From positions 1-64,000 of the forward strand of contig NW_026866839.1 in NCBI RefSeq assembly GCF_026571515.1: a DNA stretch of 64,000 nucleotides, read 5' to 3'. This stretch comes from Ruditapes philippinarum. Lineage: Eukaryota. Below the pieces are notes generated by a model. That model was not told where the DNA came from. It ran no database searches and saw nothing but the letters and a program-made list of their open reading frames with translations. Each line of letters opens with the position of its first letter. Position 1 is the stretch's first letter. The position numbers and the translations under genes were made by a program. Positions 12,567 through 25,523 of this stretch are shown piece after piece.

Positions 12567-14569
12567 TAAATTGTTATAATAGAAAAGTTGAAATATTGTA
12601 ATATATATGTTTCTACCAAATCACATTTTTTGAGTCATCACGCCTGAATATTATACATGTAGTACAATTGTATAGGTATTTTATGTCTATCTCAATAGTG
12701 TTCAGTGATTTAAGCATTATTGTTCATTACATAACATTACATTACATTAGTTGTTGTTGTTTTTTCAACACTGATGAAATTGAATATAAAAATGGTTCTG
12801 AATATATTCAATGAAGTAAATATACTTCAGTTCACCTTCTTTATAAAAAAATAAATTCATGCACGGGTAACTACACGTGGGTCTCTAATTTGAGCATCGG
12901 TAAAATATACATGAATTTAAGCTGATCCAACTGTGCACTATAATAAAATGGGTTCTGACGTGTCAAAAAATGTCATGCTTAGAAAAAGAATCAAACAAAC
13001 TACTTTGAAACATTCATTGAGATTTTGCTTCAAACAACCGAATTTGCTATTAAATTCCATATGTGCTGTAGAGACCCATTGGTGCATAATATGAAAGTCA
13101 TTAAAACAGTTACGGAATACTTTTCATAAAGCATTCAATATTTTAATCGTTTTTGTATCACTCTGAAATAGGAAGTAATATTTGGAAATAATATTTATAA
13201 TTTATTCAGTTGAAACACGAAAAGATTTCAAATAAAAACATGTCAACTAATAATTAAAGAAATTCCATATATAAGCGAACCTTGTTTTAATTCTGTATTA
13301 TAAGAAGGCATCATACAAGGACATTTTTTAATTCTAGGTATAAATATAGCAAGACTAATATTGTACCAGAGATATAGATAACAGAGAATGAAAATAAGTC
13401 GTATTTTGCTTGAAAATACGTATAGATAATTCTTGTGCTTATTTTTCACTATGTAACTCGGTAAGTCCCTATGAAGAATTAAAACATAAGACTATGGAAT
13501 TCAGACACGAATAACTTTTTTCAGTTTACTTAAGACTGTCCTTATAACATATGATTTATAAATTACAAACATTTACATGACTTTTGTACTAAAATATAAA
13601 ATAAGATATGAATTTCATATTTCATTTCTTCTTTCTTTTCACAATATCTTTGCACAAATATACAATGTTTATTTATTACAAATTGCGACAAAAGAATTGG
13701 ATCAATGTTATTTTTATACATTCAGAAATATTTGACTTCCCATTTATATCATCGTACAATTGGGAAATATTTTCCATAAATGGCTAACTCCTAAATAAAT
13801 GGAAAATTTGAACGGAACATAGAATCTTTACAAGAATAAAAACATTTTTGAACAATTAAATGACGAAATCTTTCATTGATCATACACATCTGTTCCCAAG
13901 CTAGAAGATCTTATTGAAAACCTATAACCTCAAACTAATTTATTTAAACATACAATTTTGCTTGGCACGTTGACACGTTCGATAAAACTTAGACAATCAA
14001 ACAGTTGCATGTTTGCTTAATATTTTAAGATTGGTCATTGAAAATATTTGATACATAATCCTTTTCATACAACTATAAGAAATGACTTTACATTCACGTA
14101 TTATAATTAGATAGTAATTTCTATTTTGTTAAAATTTACGTTAAAGAAAATTTTACATCATGCTTTCAATATTCTAAGTCTCCTTACAAGTCTGACAAAT
14201 GCATTACATAACAATCTAACTCCTGGTTGAATGCATCCAAATAACCATACACACCGCCAAGAAGTCACATATTTTATCATAGATGAAAAAAAACTGTAAT
14301 ATTATCTTGCTGTTCCATTTTCAAATTGTATGACAAGCTTAGCCTTTCTATAAAGGGATCACATGTATTCATATTTTCAGTTCGAAGTCACGAAAAGGAA
14401 ATATTTTCACATTTATTTTAATGGAAGCCTGAACCCAACAGTGAGTTTACAAGTCTACAGATATGAAACTTTGCAGAGTTATGTCTGCCTCGTATTTTCA
14501 GAGAGGACAGATAGCACTTTAGAGCAGCATCCATTCTGTTTTCTTGCTCCATACACTGACCTAGAATGT

Positions 14570-16531
14570 TTAGTGCTGTATCTTTGTGTCCGAAAATGGT
14601 TCCTCTATAATACATTTAGCAAGGTTGGAAAGTGCCGCCTGTTTATCCCGATGCCTTCTGAGATGAGAATATGTCTTATACTGTAGAAAGTATAAATATG
14701 GCAGAGAATCTACCACAGCCATATCCATCCATTCATCATTTTTACCTCTATAGGGGAGGTCTTGTTGCGGTGATCTGAACATTTCATGTTGGAGTTCATG
14801 GGGACAACAGTTTATTTCATATCGTAGAAACTTGACACAAGATGCAGTTATACTCTGTAGCAATGTATATTCATCATCTGCTTCATAACATAATTTATCA
14901 AATGCCCTTTTACTTTTTTTATGTTTAAAATCGTAGCATTGGCATATTGGTTCAACTACATTGTGGTCATAACTTTCTTCAATATTTTTCAAAATAAGTT
15001 CAGCCCTCTCAATTTCTCCTGTACAATAGAAAATTGATGCTAGTTTCACTTTACTCGATATTAGGTCAACGTTTAGACATAACGACATCAAAACGGTAGA
15101 TTCTCGGCATAAACCAACTTGACTATGTATGTTCATTGAAGCTAGAGCGGAACCTAAATGCATGCTTAGAAATTTAGCCAATGCACTACATGCTAATTTA
15201 TTTTGCCCTTGATTCATGTAATGAGTTAATTTCATAAGGTATTTATATAATGTCTGCAATAGAACTCTTATGTGACTGATGTTATTCGTATGTTTGAGGA
15301 AATCCAAGTGCAATTCATTGACAAACAGACCAATATCTCCCACGAGGTTGCCTGAAATCTCACAAGACATATCTTCAGGAACAATCTCTACTAACCTCAA
15401 AAAAGTATTTTGAATTCTGAAACCAAGTTGATCACATTCTATTTCAAGTAATGCACTTCCTTTACTGCTTAAAATGTAAGAAATAGTACCTAGTATGACT
15501 TGTTTTGTCACTGGAGTAAAACGTCTCGCCATTAAATTGTTCTCCGGGATGATAAAATGTGGACAGTTTTCATTTAAAACACAATTGTAAAGAATTGTCA
15601 GACAATAATTCAAACAGATTAGCAAAGTGTTTTCGTTCCAAGCATGGTTTTCTGTACTTGAAATACAGTGAAGCATGACCGTTTTACACATGTAACTTGA
15701 AATGCTATCAGGGCATTGTGTATTTATAAATGATTTTAAAATCATTTTCATTAGGACATAGCATCTGATTTGTGTTATATTCAGATTAAACATTAAATAT
15801 CGCTCGGCAAGGGAAGTGGATATTCTCCATTCAAGTTCTTCATTTTCACTGTCTTTGCCTCCAACTCCTACAACGAAACACCCCATATCTTTACAATATT
15901 GTTTCATATCATATGTAGGCCACTGACCTTCACCTTGCTGAGCAATCCATTGTCTAGCTTGCAATGGCCACTGTTGACAAAGTATTGCAAGGACAAGGTC
16001 ATTACCATAGAAACCAGGCATTTCATCCATTGATTGTGCTGGACCATGTCTAACAAATTCAGCACCAGCCCTGCTATTGACTATTGCATTCTTTAATAGT
16101 ACTCTTCCTATTCTATCTCTATACCAGTACTGATCATACACATTATCTTCTGGAAGTGGAGCATCCTGTCTCAGTATCTGTAATAAGCAATATCCTGGTG
16201 ATACAGTATCGTCCTGTATCATTAACAGGTTTATTTTACCAGGTTCCCATTCACTCAAGTCTTGTATCACTGTGTACGCGGCAAGTGTGAAAAGTAAATC
16301 TGTGTCAGAATTAAGTCCAAGTGTTGTAGTACCCTCTACTCTACTACCTAAGGTATACATATTCCCGTCTTCATCTTCATCTTTTAACTTGTGAGCTAAC
16401 GTACATAACGATTCATTCATTAGTTGTAGTCGCCTTGTTTTTATCACCATTCTTTCGTTCACTCCTATCTCATCAAGTACTTTAGACAGACTAAGTGACA
16501 CATTGCGAGTATAATCAGGAATTTCCGACAT
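14570..16531 (-). CDS. cGAS-like receptor (cGLR; Mab-21 nucleotidyltransferase), copy 1; 1-nt frameshift at ~14595 removes the last ~50 aa (ancestral end at 14418)
   Basis: NTase motif 'LGSRVEG...SDTD', third Asp in 'NDLV', Mab-21 motifs 'EWRISTSLAE', 'SSYMCKT', 'CPHFIIPENNL'. The tail 'FGHKDTALNILGQCMEQ...GFH' continues in the shifted frame 14418-14615. Splice acceptor TTTACAG sits 1 nt before the ATG. Confidence 0.85.
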   Translation of the reverse strand: MSEIPDYTRNVSLSLSKVLDEIGVNERMVIKTRRLQLMNESLCTLAHKLKDEDEDGNMYTLGSRVEGTTTLGLNSDTDLLFTLAAYTVIQDLSEWEPGKINLLMIQDDTVSPGYCLLQILRQDAPLPEDNVYDQYWYRDRIGRVLLKNAIVNSRAGAEFVRHGPAQSMDEMPGFYGNDLVLAILCQQWPLQARQWIAQQGEGQWPTYDMKQYCKDMGCFVVGVGGKDSENEELEWRISTSLAERYLMFNLNITQIRCYVLMKMILKSFINTQCPDSISSYMCKTVMLHCISSTENHAWNENTLLICLNYCLTILYNCVLNENCPHFIIPENNLMARRFTPVTKQVILGTISYILSSKGSALLEIECDQLGFRIQNTFLRLVEIVPEDMSCEISGNLVGDIGLFVNELHLDFLKHTNNISHIRVLLQTLYKYLMKLTHYMNQGQNKLACSALAKFLSMHLGSALASMNIHSQVGLCRESTVLMSLCLNVDLISSKVKLASIFYCTGEIERAELILKNIEESYDHNVVEPICQCYDFKHKKSKRAFDKLCYEADDEYTLLQSITASCVKFLRYEINCCPHELQHEMFRSPQQDLPYRGKNDEWMDMAVVDSLPYLYFLQYKTYSHLRRHRDKQAALSNLAKCIIEEPFSDTKIQH

Positions 16532-16863
16532 TCTGTAAATTTAATTAAATATTATTATTTTCATCATAAAAACAAGTTACAATAATTAAAGAAAATGCAT
16601 GTCTACAATTGACTTTGCAAATATCAAATCCAATTTTCTTTTGGAGCTGTAATTTTTAGCGCAATATCAATAATTATTCAGTTTCTTAATTGTTAATATT
16701 TGTGTTTGTTTTTCCTCGAGCTAATTGTTCAATTTTACTATGTTTATTGCAGCTTTAAGGAACCTTGAGGTTTAATCTGCAGCGAGAACAAAGTTGAATT
16801 CGTAACTCCTTATCTTATTAGATTTTTCTATCAACCTATATATATATATATATATAAATCAAT

Positions 16864-17670
16864 ACAAGAACCGGTTATGTCCCGGGTAAAGTTCAAAATG
16901 TAAAAATGAACAAAGGGCAATAACTCCAAAATTAGACAAGACAGAGTTATGATTCGCAATGCACTTCTACCTAATGAGACCTATCTATCTTCAAAGTTTC
17001 ATGTTGATATCTCTTATAATTTTAGAGTAATTTCCCGGACAAAGTTCAAAGTGTCAAAATTAAGAAAGGGCAATAACTCCAAAATTAGGCCAGACAGAGT
17101 AACGGTTCTTGTGCACTGCAAACCTACTTAATGATATATATCTACCTACAAAGTTTTATGTTGATACCTATTATAGTTTTAGAGTTTTGTCCTGGACAAA
17201 GATCAAAGTATGAAAATAGACAAAGGGGAATAATTCAAAAATTAGGCAAGGCAGGGTTACTGTTCTTGTGCACTGCACAGCTACTTAATGAGATATATCT
17301 ACGTACAGAGGTTCATGTTGATAATTCTTATACATTTAGAGTGATGTCCCGGACAAAGTTCAAAGTGTAAAAATAAACAAAGGGGAATAATTCAAAAATT
17401 AGGCAAGGCAGAGTTACAGTTCTTGTGCGCTACACGCCTATTTAATGAGATCTTTCTACCTACAGAGTTTCATGTTGATACCTCTTATAGTTTTTGAGGT
17501 ATGTCCCGGAAAATGTTCAAAGTGTAAAATTAACAAAGGGGGATAATTCAAAAATTAGGCAAGGCAGAATCACCGTTCTTGTGCACTGCACACCTACTCA
17601 ATGAGATCTATCTACCTACAAAGTTTCATTTGATACCTCTAATAGTTTTAAAGTTATGTCCCGGGCAAAA
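16864..17670. repeat. Satellite-like Helentron-type insertion with ~5 x ~160-bp units in the cGLR copy 1 intron
   Basis: Repeated 'gtcccggacaaagttcaaagtg...aaagggcaataactccaaaattaggc...gttcttgtgcactgc...aaagtttcatgttgata'. Not present in copies 2 and 3. Confidence 0.75.
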
Positions 17671-17684
17671 CGTCTGTCATTGGT

Positions 17685-18125
17685 ATTCAAATGTAACAAC
17701 AAAGGAGAGAGGGAAAATCAGAGAATGTTCTGGTCACGGTTACAAGTGTCACAACAAAGGAGAGAGGGAAAATCAGAGGATATTCTGGTCACGGTTTCAA
17801 ATGTCACAACAAAGGAGAGAGGGAAAAATCAGAGGGTGTTCTTGTCACGGTTACAAATGTCACAACAAAGGAGGGAGGAAAAATCAGAGGATATTCTGGT
17901 CACGGTTTCAAATGTCACAACAAAGGAGCGAGGGAAAATCAGAGGATATTTTGGTCACGGTTTATCGACGCAGTATCTTGACATAGTGAGATAACATCTC
18001 CATTAAAGATATGTAAATAGAGCGCAGAATAGTGTTTAATCCATTAAAGATATGTATAAAAAGAGCGCAGAATAGTGTTTGATCCATTAAAGATATGTAA
18101 AAAGAGCACAGAATAGTGTTTGATG
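17685..18125. repeat. Two adjacent minisatellites: 5 x ~55 bp (17685-17963) and 3 x ~41 bp (18000-18122)
   Basis: Units 'tgtcacaacaaaggagagagggaaaatcagaggatattctggtcacggtttcaaa' and 'tccattaaagatatgtaaatagagcgcagaatagtgttt'. Each is single-copy in the paralog at ~57590-57720. Confidence 0.9.
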
Positions 18126-19612
18126 GAGGATCACTCATCCTAATGATCGTCAATAAGAAAATTACCATCCAGCACCCGTCTACCTGTTGGATACCTTATT
18201 TTTGTTCACCAAAGCGAAATTATTTTATGATAATTTTACCATTATTGATTAATCAAGACTGCAGACTTTCATTGTTGATCTTGTTTATCATATTTTTGGG
18301 GATAACATAGTTTGGTTTACTACATATTTATAGGAATGCTCATTTCTTTGCTCAAATGTAGTGATTATTTTTATACAATATAACGGTAATTTTCATTATG
18401 AATTGTTAATTTGAGTATTTAAACTCAGAAACTTTGAAATGCTGTTGTTGGATTTTTACCATTACATACATATATGGTAGATAATATTAAAAATGAACTG
18501 TTTTGACTATAATATCTACTAGAATTAAGTTGTTATACTTTATAACTAACACTAGTCAACTAGTAAATAGCGTGTACATTGCATTGAAGTATGACATCCG
18601 AAACACCTTAATTATAATCTAATATTTTTAGAAAAAGAATAGCAGGTGATGAAAAATAAAGGCATGCAGCTTAATTACTTTTATCATTTATAAAAAATAC
18701 ATGATTCAGATCCTGCGTAAGATAATGTGAAACAAAGCGAATTATCTTGTATAATTTATGCGTGTTAACAGATGAAACTTTTGTAGACAGTTAAACAATT
18801 GAAATAATTCTTCAACATCAAAGTAAAGCATGGACCGGTAAATGTTATTTTTATAGAGAAGAACGACCATGGTTATGTACTAGACACTCTTCTTACTTTA
18901 CTTTTACTTAAACAATAATTTAAAAAAAAACTTGAAAATTTTACCACTTGAGAAATAACTTTTTTTCTTTAATATTATTACCTGTTTGCGAATTTTCTGC
19001 CAATGTATTACACATATTCAGTGATGAGAGAAATCACAAGTCTCTAGTTCAAAGTCTAAAATAATGAATGTCATACCACATCAACTTCAACGATCATGTA
19101 GGCTACACTCTTTCCCTTATTCATTTGATTTCAAACAAGGATTTTTTTCTTTTGTCCTATCGGTTTGTCAAACGAAAATGCCTATTGTAAGTGTATTTCG
19201 CATGAACTAGGTCAAAGATTAAGGAAGTTAAAAGATGAGATATATTACGCAAATTAGAGAAAAATGGCGTTCATTGTAAAACATTTACCAAATTTATGAA
19301 ATTAAATGGTTAAAGTACGGCGAATTTACGACCAATTTCATTTGGAAAACTAGCCATTTAAGTGTTCGAAACGCTTGAGGATTTACCACAGTAAATGTTT
19401 TACGATTTAATTTTAAATGAAATCAATCAATTGAACATCTTTAACACATACTGTTGCTCCTACGTCACTCCTTTTCAGCTGTTTCAATCGTTTACCTTTT
19501 TCTAATTAGTGCTTTACTATTTCTTATTTATTCAAACATAGATTAATGATCGATCGATACTAAATTAAGAATGAAATAAGATATAAATACATGAAAAAAA
19601 ATTAATCAAAAT

Positions 19613-19782
19613 AAATACCTGTTACTTAGTCAACTTGAAAACTTGAACATAAATTGAAATAGAAACTTGGGAGTTCCAACTGTTGATAAAACTACGTATC
19701 TAGCAAACAGAACACCTCGACGATTAATAATGATAATCAGTCAATCGTAACATGAATTGTCAATGTCCGGAGATTGACGTAA
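19613..19782 (-). promoter_or_regulatory. Putative cGLR copy 1 first-exon donor and immune promoter (ISRE, kappaB-like, CRE-like)
   Basis: Minus-strand donor CAG|GTATTT at 19618. GAAATAGAAACT at 19656-19667, TGGGAGTTCC at 19668-19677, TGACGTAA at 19775-19782. Confidence 0.5.
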
Positions 19783-20071
19783 ACGGCCGAAAATTTGCGA
19801 TTATGCTCCACATATTTACTTCCTTTTATTATACCTGAAAAAAAACTTGTGTTTTATAATTGATTTTATAGGCTAATTTGCCAATAAGTAGCGTTTTGTA
19901 AACTGTAATTTAACCAAATCAAAAAAAAAATAAATATGAAATTTATTATGTGCATTTTTTTATTAAAAAGTAATAAATAATTTTCGTAATAACATGTACA
20001 GAAAACTTCCGTTCATATGAAATCTCATTTATAATACCCAAATGTTTAAATTATAAAGCTAAATATCCTTT

Positions 20072-20305
20072 GAGTCGCGTCACGACAAAACCAACATTGT
20101 GGGTTTGCGACCAGCATGGATCCAGACCAGCCTGCGCCTCCGCGCAGTATGATTAACATCCATGCTGTACGCTATCAGTTTTTCTACTTGTAATAGGGTT
20201 TGTAAGCGAACAGCATGGATCCTGATCAGACAGCGCGGATGTGCAGGCTGTCTGGATCCATGCTTGTCGCAAACACATTACGTTGGATTTGTCATGACGC
20301 GGCTC
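20072..20305. mobile_element. Palindromic MITE, GAG...CTC termini (family copy 1)
   Basis: Long inverted arms 'gag.cgcgtcacgacaaaaccaac...tttgcgaccagcatggatccagaccagcctg'. Other copies at 39265-39468 and 60554-60749. Confidence 0.8.
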
Positions 20306-23300
20306 ATTTTATCAAATTACTTCTTTTCATAAGTACTGATTCGTCCCAAGCCATTGTTAGGATGATGAACATTTCCTGTCATCTATATTCTTATCTAAAC
20401 ATATATTTAATTCAAATATGTTCCTGCCTCATTTAAACATGTCATATAGTCATATTAAATCATCATCAGATGTTATGTTTATAACTGGGAAGGTGTAGGT
20501 TTATAAGAATGGCATGTTCCTTTCTTTGACACAATGTTTCTGACATGTAAATAAGTGTCATCCCTACAGATGTGTCCTGATAATAGAACAACAGAGCAAC
20601 TGTGGTCCTAGAATGTTCAACTGAGATCTATTACAATAGATGAGGTAATAACTTCTCCAATTCAAACAAAAACAATCTGAAAATATAGGTGAACCCTCAA
20701 AGGCAAACAACAATATCAATTGGAAATAGCAGTCTCATTTTGAATTATATGTGAAAATACATCACCCCTCACGCACCCCTTACACCGGCTAAGCGGTATT
20801 CAATGTTCAACACTTAGTCAATATTCTGGAGTGACGAGAAAAAAAATAACACTATAAAAGTGAACTATGGGGCAACTTTTATAGCTGCCACACTGCACAT
20901 AACAATATGAAAATTTGGAAAACAGGTGCTCCCGCCAAAGCAACGAAAACAACAATATTAATTGATAATTACAGACTCTGTTTGATTGGGACTGATCATG
21001 AGATAAAATCTTAAAGTGCATCATGTCACACACCCTCTTACACCTAGAAAAATGTCACTGTGTCATATTCAATTTCATTCAAACTCAAACTCTAAAATCT
21101 CTCACCTAAATGAACAAGTGGTTAAAATAGTGACCGGCTTTGACTGTATAGGGGCATGTTATACATAGCTTATGGGCCGAGGGAAACAGTCGTGTATCTT
21201 CTGTAAAGTGTCACTAGGCAATGCTACATGCGAATGAACAACACTAGGATCTAGTTAATGGGCTGGCTACATAAAAGTTGCACGATGACGGGATTTCAGC
21301 CAGGAATCATAATTATAGCTTTCCGAAACAAGTGAGCACCAATATATTTTGATGAACGATTAATAAATTTTTAAATAAATTAAACCATTGTTTTTTATGA
21401 CCTTTTAGATTTTTTCTATTATATTATGGCAGATGCTGACATCTTTTATATAATATTTCTGAAATCTATATTTCACTAGTGAGAATAAAGTATCAAAACA
21501 TTTGTTCAATTCATATACTTTTATTCATTAATAAACCACATAACACATCTACTCTACATTGTTTCAACATTATATTACAGACTAGTTGAACAATTTTAAG
21601 TATTTCATAAACATTTCATTCACACAATAGCCAAAAACCCTTTGTAACTGATAGTGTATTTGATGAATAAAGAAAAATACATGAATAGATATTTTGGCAA
21701 TAGTAGACGTTCTTGTGAAATATGTCTAATCATAATATGAATCAGAGCTCATAAATCTTTTATAATAAATGTCACAACATTTCTATTATATCTTTAGTTA
21801 AAATCTACAACATGACAAATATTTCTTCATCTATATAGACTAAAAATAGGTGCAAAGGACAGGGATTCCAGCTCATTTCACTGTTTTGTGAGTCTTTATA
21901 TACACAGTATGGCAACTTGGTGAGCAGACAATGCCAAATCTGTAAGAAAAGAAATAAAAACCTTAAACAGAAATAACAGGTATTTAGCAATAAAGCTGCA
22001 TGCCTCCAGATAAGAATGTACAACGTATGTAAGGATAGCTGCATTCCCTATAACAGGGCGAGTTAAGATGGTCCTGTCTTAAAAAATCTGCCAGTTTTTT
22101 TTAACGACACTAAATACTCATATTGTGGTATCCAGTAGTGTGTGGAGGTTAAAACATATCTACTTTGTTAAAAAGATACAGTGTAACAATTATCAGTTAA
22201 TCCAAACATCAAATTTGAGCATAATATTTCTTTCTTTTAAAAACAATTTAAAAAACTTTCTGAAAATAGCATGAACTCGCAGGCATGCTACTTTAAGCTA
22301 AATAATACAAAACATATTTGTACTAGTATATAATTTGGAAAGTATATAACACCATATCTTTTCTCCAGCAAATTCATTACAAAACCGGGCTTAGAAAGTG
22401 GCGGCGAGGTACCTTAAATTTAGTTTAAATGGCAGTGATAAAAGATTATCATCGAAATTTTACTCAACTTCGACTTCTTAGGGTGACGTTGATAGCCGAA
22501 AAAAGTCGTATTTTGCTTGAAAATACATATATATATTCTTGTGCTTACTTTTCACTATATAACTCGTTAAGTCCCTATGAAAAACTAAAACATAAGAATA
22601 TGGAATTCAGACACAAATAACTCTTTTCAGTTTACTTAACACTGTCCTTATAACATAAGATTACTTAATTAAAAACATTTACATGCTTTTGTACTAAAAT
22701 ATAAAATAAGATAAGAATTTCATATTTCATTTTTTTATTGTTTTTTGCACAAATACTCGTACATATACAATGTTTCATTATTACAAATTGCGACAAAAGA
22801 ATTTAATCAATGTTAAATTTTTACAAATATTTGACTTCCCATTATATTTATATCATCGTTCAAATTGGGAAATATTACAAGAATAAAAACATTTTTGAAC
22901 AATTAAATGACGAAATATTTCATTTATCATACACATATGTTTCCAAACTAGAAGATATTATTGAAAACCTAGAACCTCAAACTAATTTATTTAAATATAC
23001 AATTTTGCTTGGCACGTTGACACGTTCGATAAAACTTAAGACAATCATACAGTTGCAGGTTTGCTTAATATTTTAAAATTGTTCATTGAAAATACTTGAA
23101 ACATAATCCTTTTCATACAACTATAATAAATGAATTTACGTATTATAATTAGATAGTAATTTCTACTTTGTTAAAATTTACGTTAAAGACAATTTTACAT
23201 CATGCTTTCAATATTCTAAGTCACCTTACAAGTCTGACAAATGCATAACATGACAACTCCTGGTTCGATGCATACAAATAACCATACACACCGCAAAAAG

Positions 23301-23451
23301 TGACATATTTTTATCCTAGATAAAAAAACTGTAATATATCTTGCTGTTCCATTTTCAAATTGTATGACAAGCTAGGCCTTTCTATAAAGGGATCACATGT
23401 ATTCATATTTTCAGTTCGAAGTCACGAAAAGTAAATATTTCCACATTTATT

Positions 23452-25523
23452 TTAATGGAAGCCTGAACACAACATTGAGCTTACAAGTCTACAGATATGA
23501 AAGTTTGCAGCATTATTTCTGCCTCGTATTTTCAGAGATAACAGATAGCACTTTAAGGCCTCGTCCATTTTTTTTATTGCTCCATACACTGACCTAGAAG
23601 ATTTAATGCTGTTTCTTTGTGTCCGAAATTTGGTTCCTCTACAATGCATTTAGCAAGATTGGAAATTGCCGCCTGTTTATCACGATTCCTTCTGAGATGT
23701 GAATATGTCTTAAACTGTAGAAAGTATAAATATGGTAGAGAGTCTACAACAGCCAAATTCATACATTCATCATTGAAACTTTTATAAGGGAGGTCTGGTT
23801 GCGTTGATCTGAACATTTCATATTGGAGTTCTTTGGGACAGCAGTTTATTTCACATCGTAGAAACATGACACATGATGCAGTTATACTCTGTAACAATGC
23901 ATATTCATTATCTGCTTCATAACATAACTTATCGAATGCCCTTTTGCGTTTAGGTTGTCGAAAATCGTAGCAACAACATATTGGTTCAACCACATTGTGG
24001 TCATAACTTTCTTCAATATTTTTCAAAATAAGTTCAGCCCTCTCAATTTCTCCTGTACAATAGAAAATTGATGCTAGTTTCACTTTATTTGATATTAGGT
24101 CTAAGTTTAGACATAACGACAACAAAACGGTAGATTCTCGGCACAAACCAACTTGACTATGTATGTTAATTGAAGCTAGAGCGGAACCTAAATGCATGCT
24201 TAGAAATTTAGCCAATGCACCACATGCTAATTTATTTTGCCTTTGATTCATATAATGAGTTAATTGCATAAGGTATTTATATAATGTCTGCAATAGAACT
24301 CTTATGTCATTGATTTTATTCGTTTTTTTGAGGACAGAATAATGCATGTCACTGAAGGAAAAACCAATATTTTTTACGAGACTACCTGAAATCTTACAAG
24401 ACATAGCTTCAGGTACAATCTCTACTAACCTCAAAAAAGTGTTTTGAATTCTGAAACCAAGTTGATCACATTCTATTTCAAGTAATGCACTTCCGTTACT
24501 GCTTATAATGTAAGAGAGTGTATCTAGTATGACTTGTTTTGTCAATGGAGTAAAACGTCTAGCCATTAAATTGTTCTCAGGGATGATAAAATGTGGACAA
24601 TTATCATTTAAAACACAATTGTAAAGAATTGTCAGACAATAATTCAGACAGATTAGCAAGGTGTTTTCATTCCAAGCGTTGTTATCTGTACTTGAAATAC
24701 AATGAAGCATGACCGTTTTACACATAAAACTTGAAATGCTGTCAGGGCATTGTGTATTTATAAATGATTTTAAGATCATTTTCATTAAGACATAGCATCT
24801 GATTTGTGTTATATTCAAATTAAACATTAAATATCGCTCGGCAAGGGAAGTGGATATTCTCCATTCAAGTTCTTCATTTTCACTTCCTTTGCCTCCAACT
24901 CCTACAACGAAACACCCCATATCTTCACCTTGCTGAGCAATCCATTGTCTAGCTTGCAATGGCCACTGTTGACAAGACATTGCAGAGACAAGGTCATGAC
25001 TTAAGAAACCAGGCCTTCCGTCCATTGATTGTGCTGGGCCATGTCTAACATGTTCAGCATGCTTCACGATATTTGCTATTGCATTATTTAATAGTACTCT
25101 TCCTAATCTATCTCTATGCGAGTATTGATCAAATACATTGACCTCTGGAAGTGGAGCATCACATCTCAGTATCTGTAATAAGCAGTATCCTGGTGATATA
25201 GTATCATCCTGTATCATTAACAGGTTTTGTTTACCAGGTTCCCATTCAGTCCAATCTTGTATAACACTATACATGGGACGTTTGAAAAGAATATCCACGT
25301 CAGAATTAAGTCCAAGTGTTGTAGTACCTTCTATTCTACTACCTAAGAGATACAAATTTACATCTTCATGTATTATTAATTTGTGCCCTATCGTACGTAT
25401 TGATTCTTTCATTAGCCCTTGTCGCCTTCTTTTTATTACTATTTTTTCGTTCACTCCTATCTCATCAAGTACTTTAGACAGTCTGAGTGACACATTGCGA
25501 GTGTAATCAGGCATTTCTGACAT
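23452..25523 (-). pseudogene. cGLR/Mab-21 copy 2, probably disabled (ORF 23574-25523, 649 aa)
   Basis: Same motifs ('GSRIEG...SDVD', 'HDLV', 'EWRIS'). In-frame 39-nt deletion at ~24923 removes GQWPTYDMKQYCK. Premature TAA at 23574 plus a 1-nt deletion in the adjacent A-run. Promoter motifs are degenerate. Confidence 0.8.

Noticed and set aside
8132-16531. Bacterial CBASS-like operon or bacterial contamination
   Set aside because: The genes are convergent, kilobases apart, preceded by splice acceptors and embedded in animal repeats. The NTase is of the metazoan Mab-21/cGLR type.
16949-18310. Several 60-135 aa ORFs (also 6522-7195, 20215-20436, 28714-28938, 60552-60758)
   Set aside because: They are translations of tandem repeats or MITEs.
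18975-19000. Additional cGLR 5'-UTR exon donor (also ~59178)
   Set aside because: A donor-like motif is present in copies 1 and 3, but the region is deleted in copy 2 and no convincing matching acceptor could be placed without RNA data.
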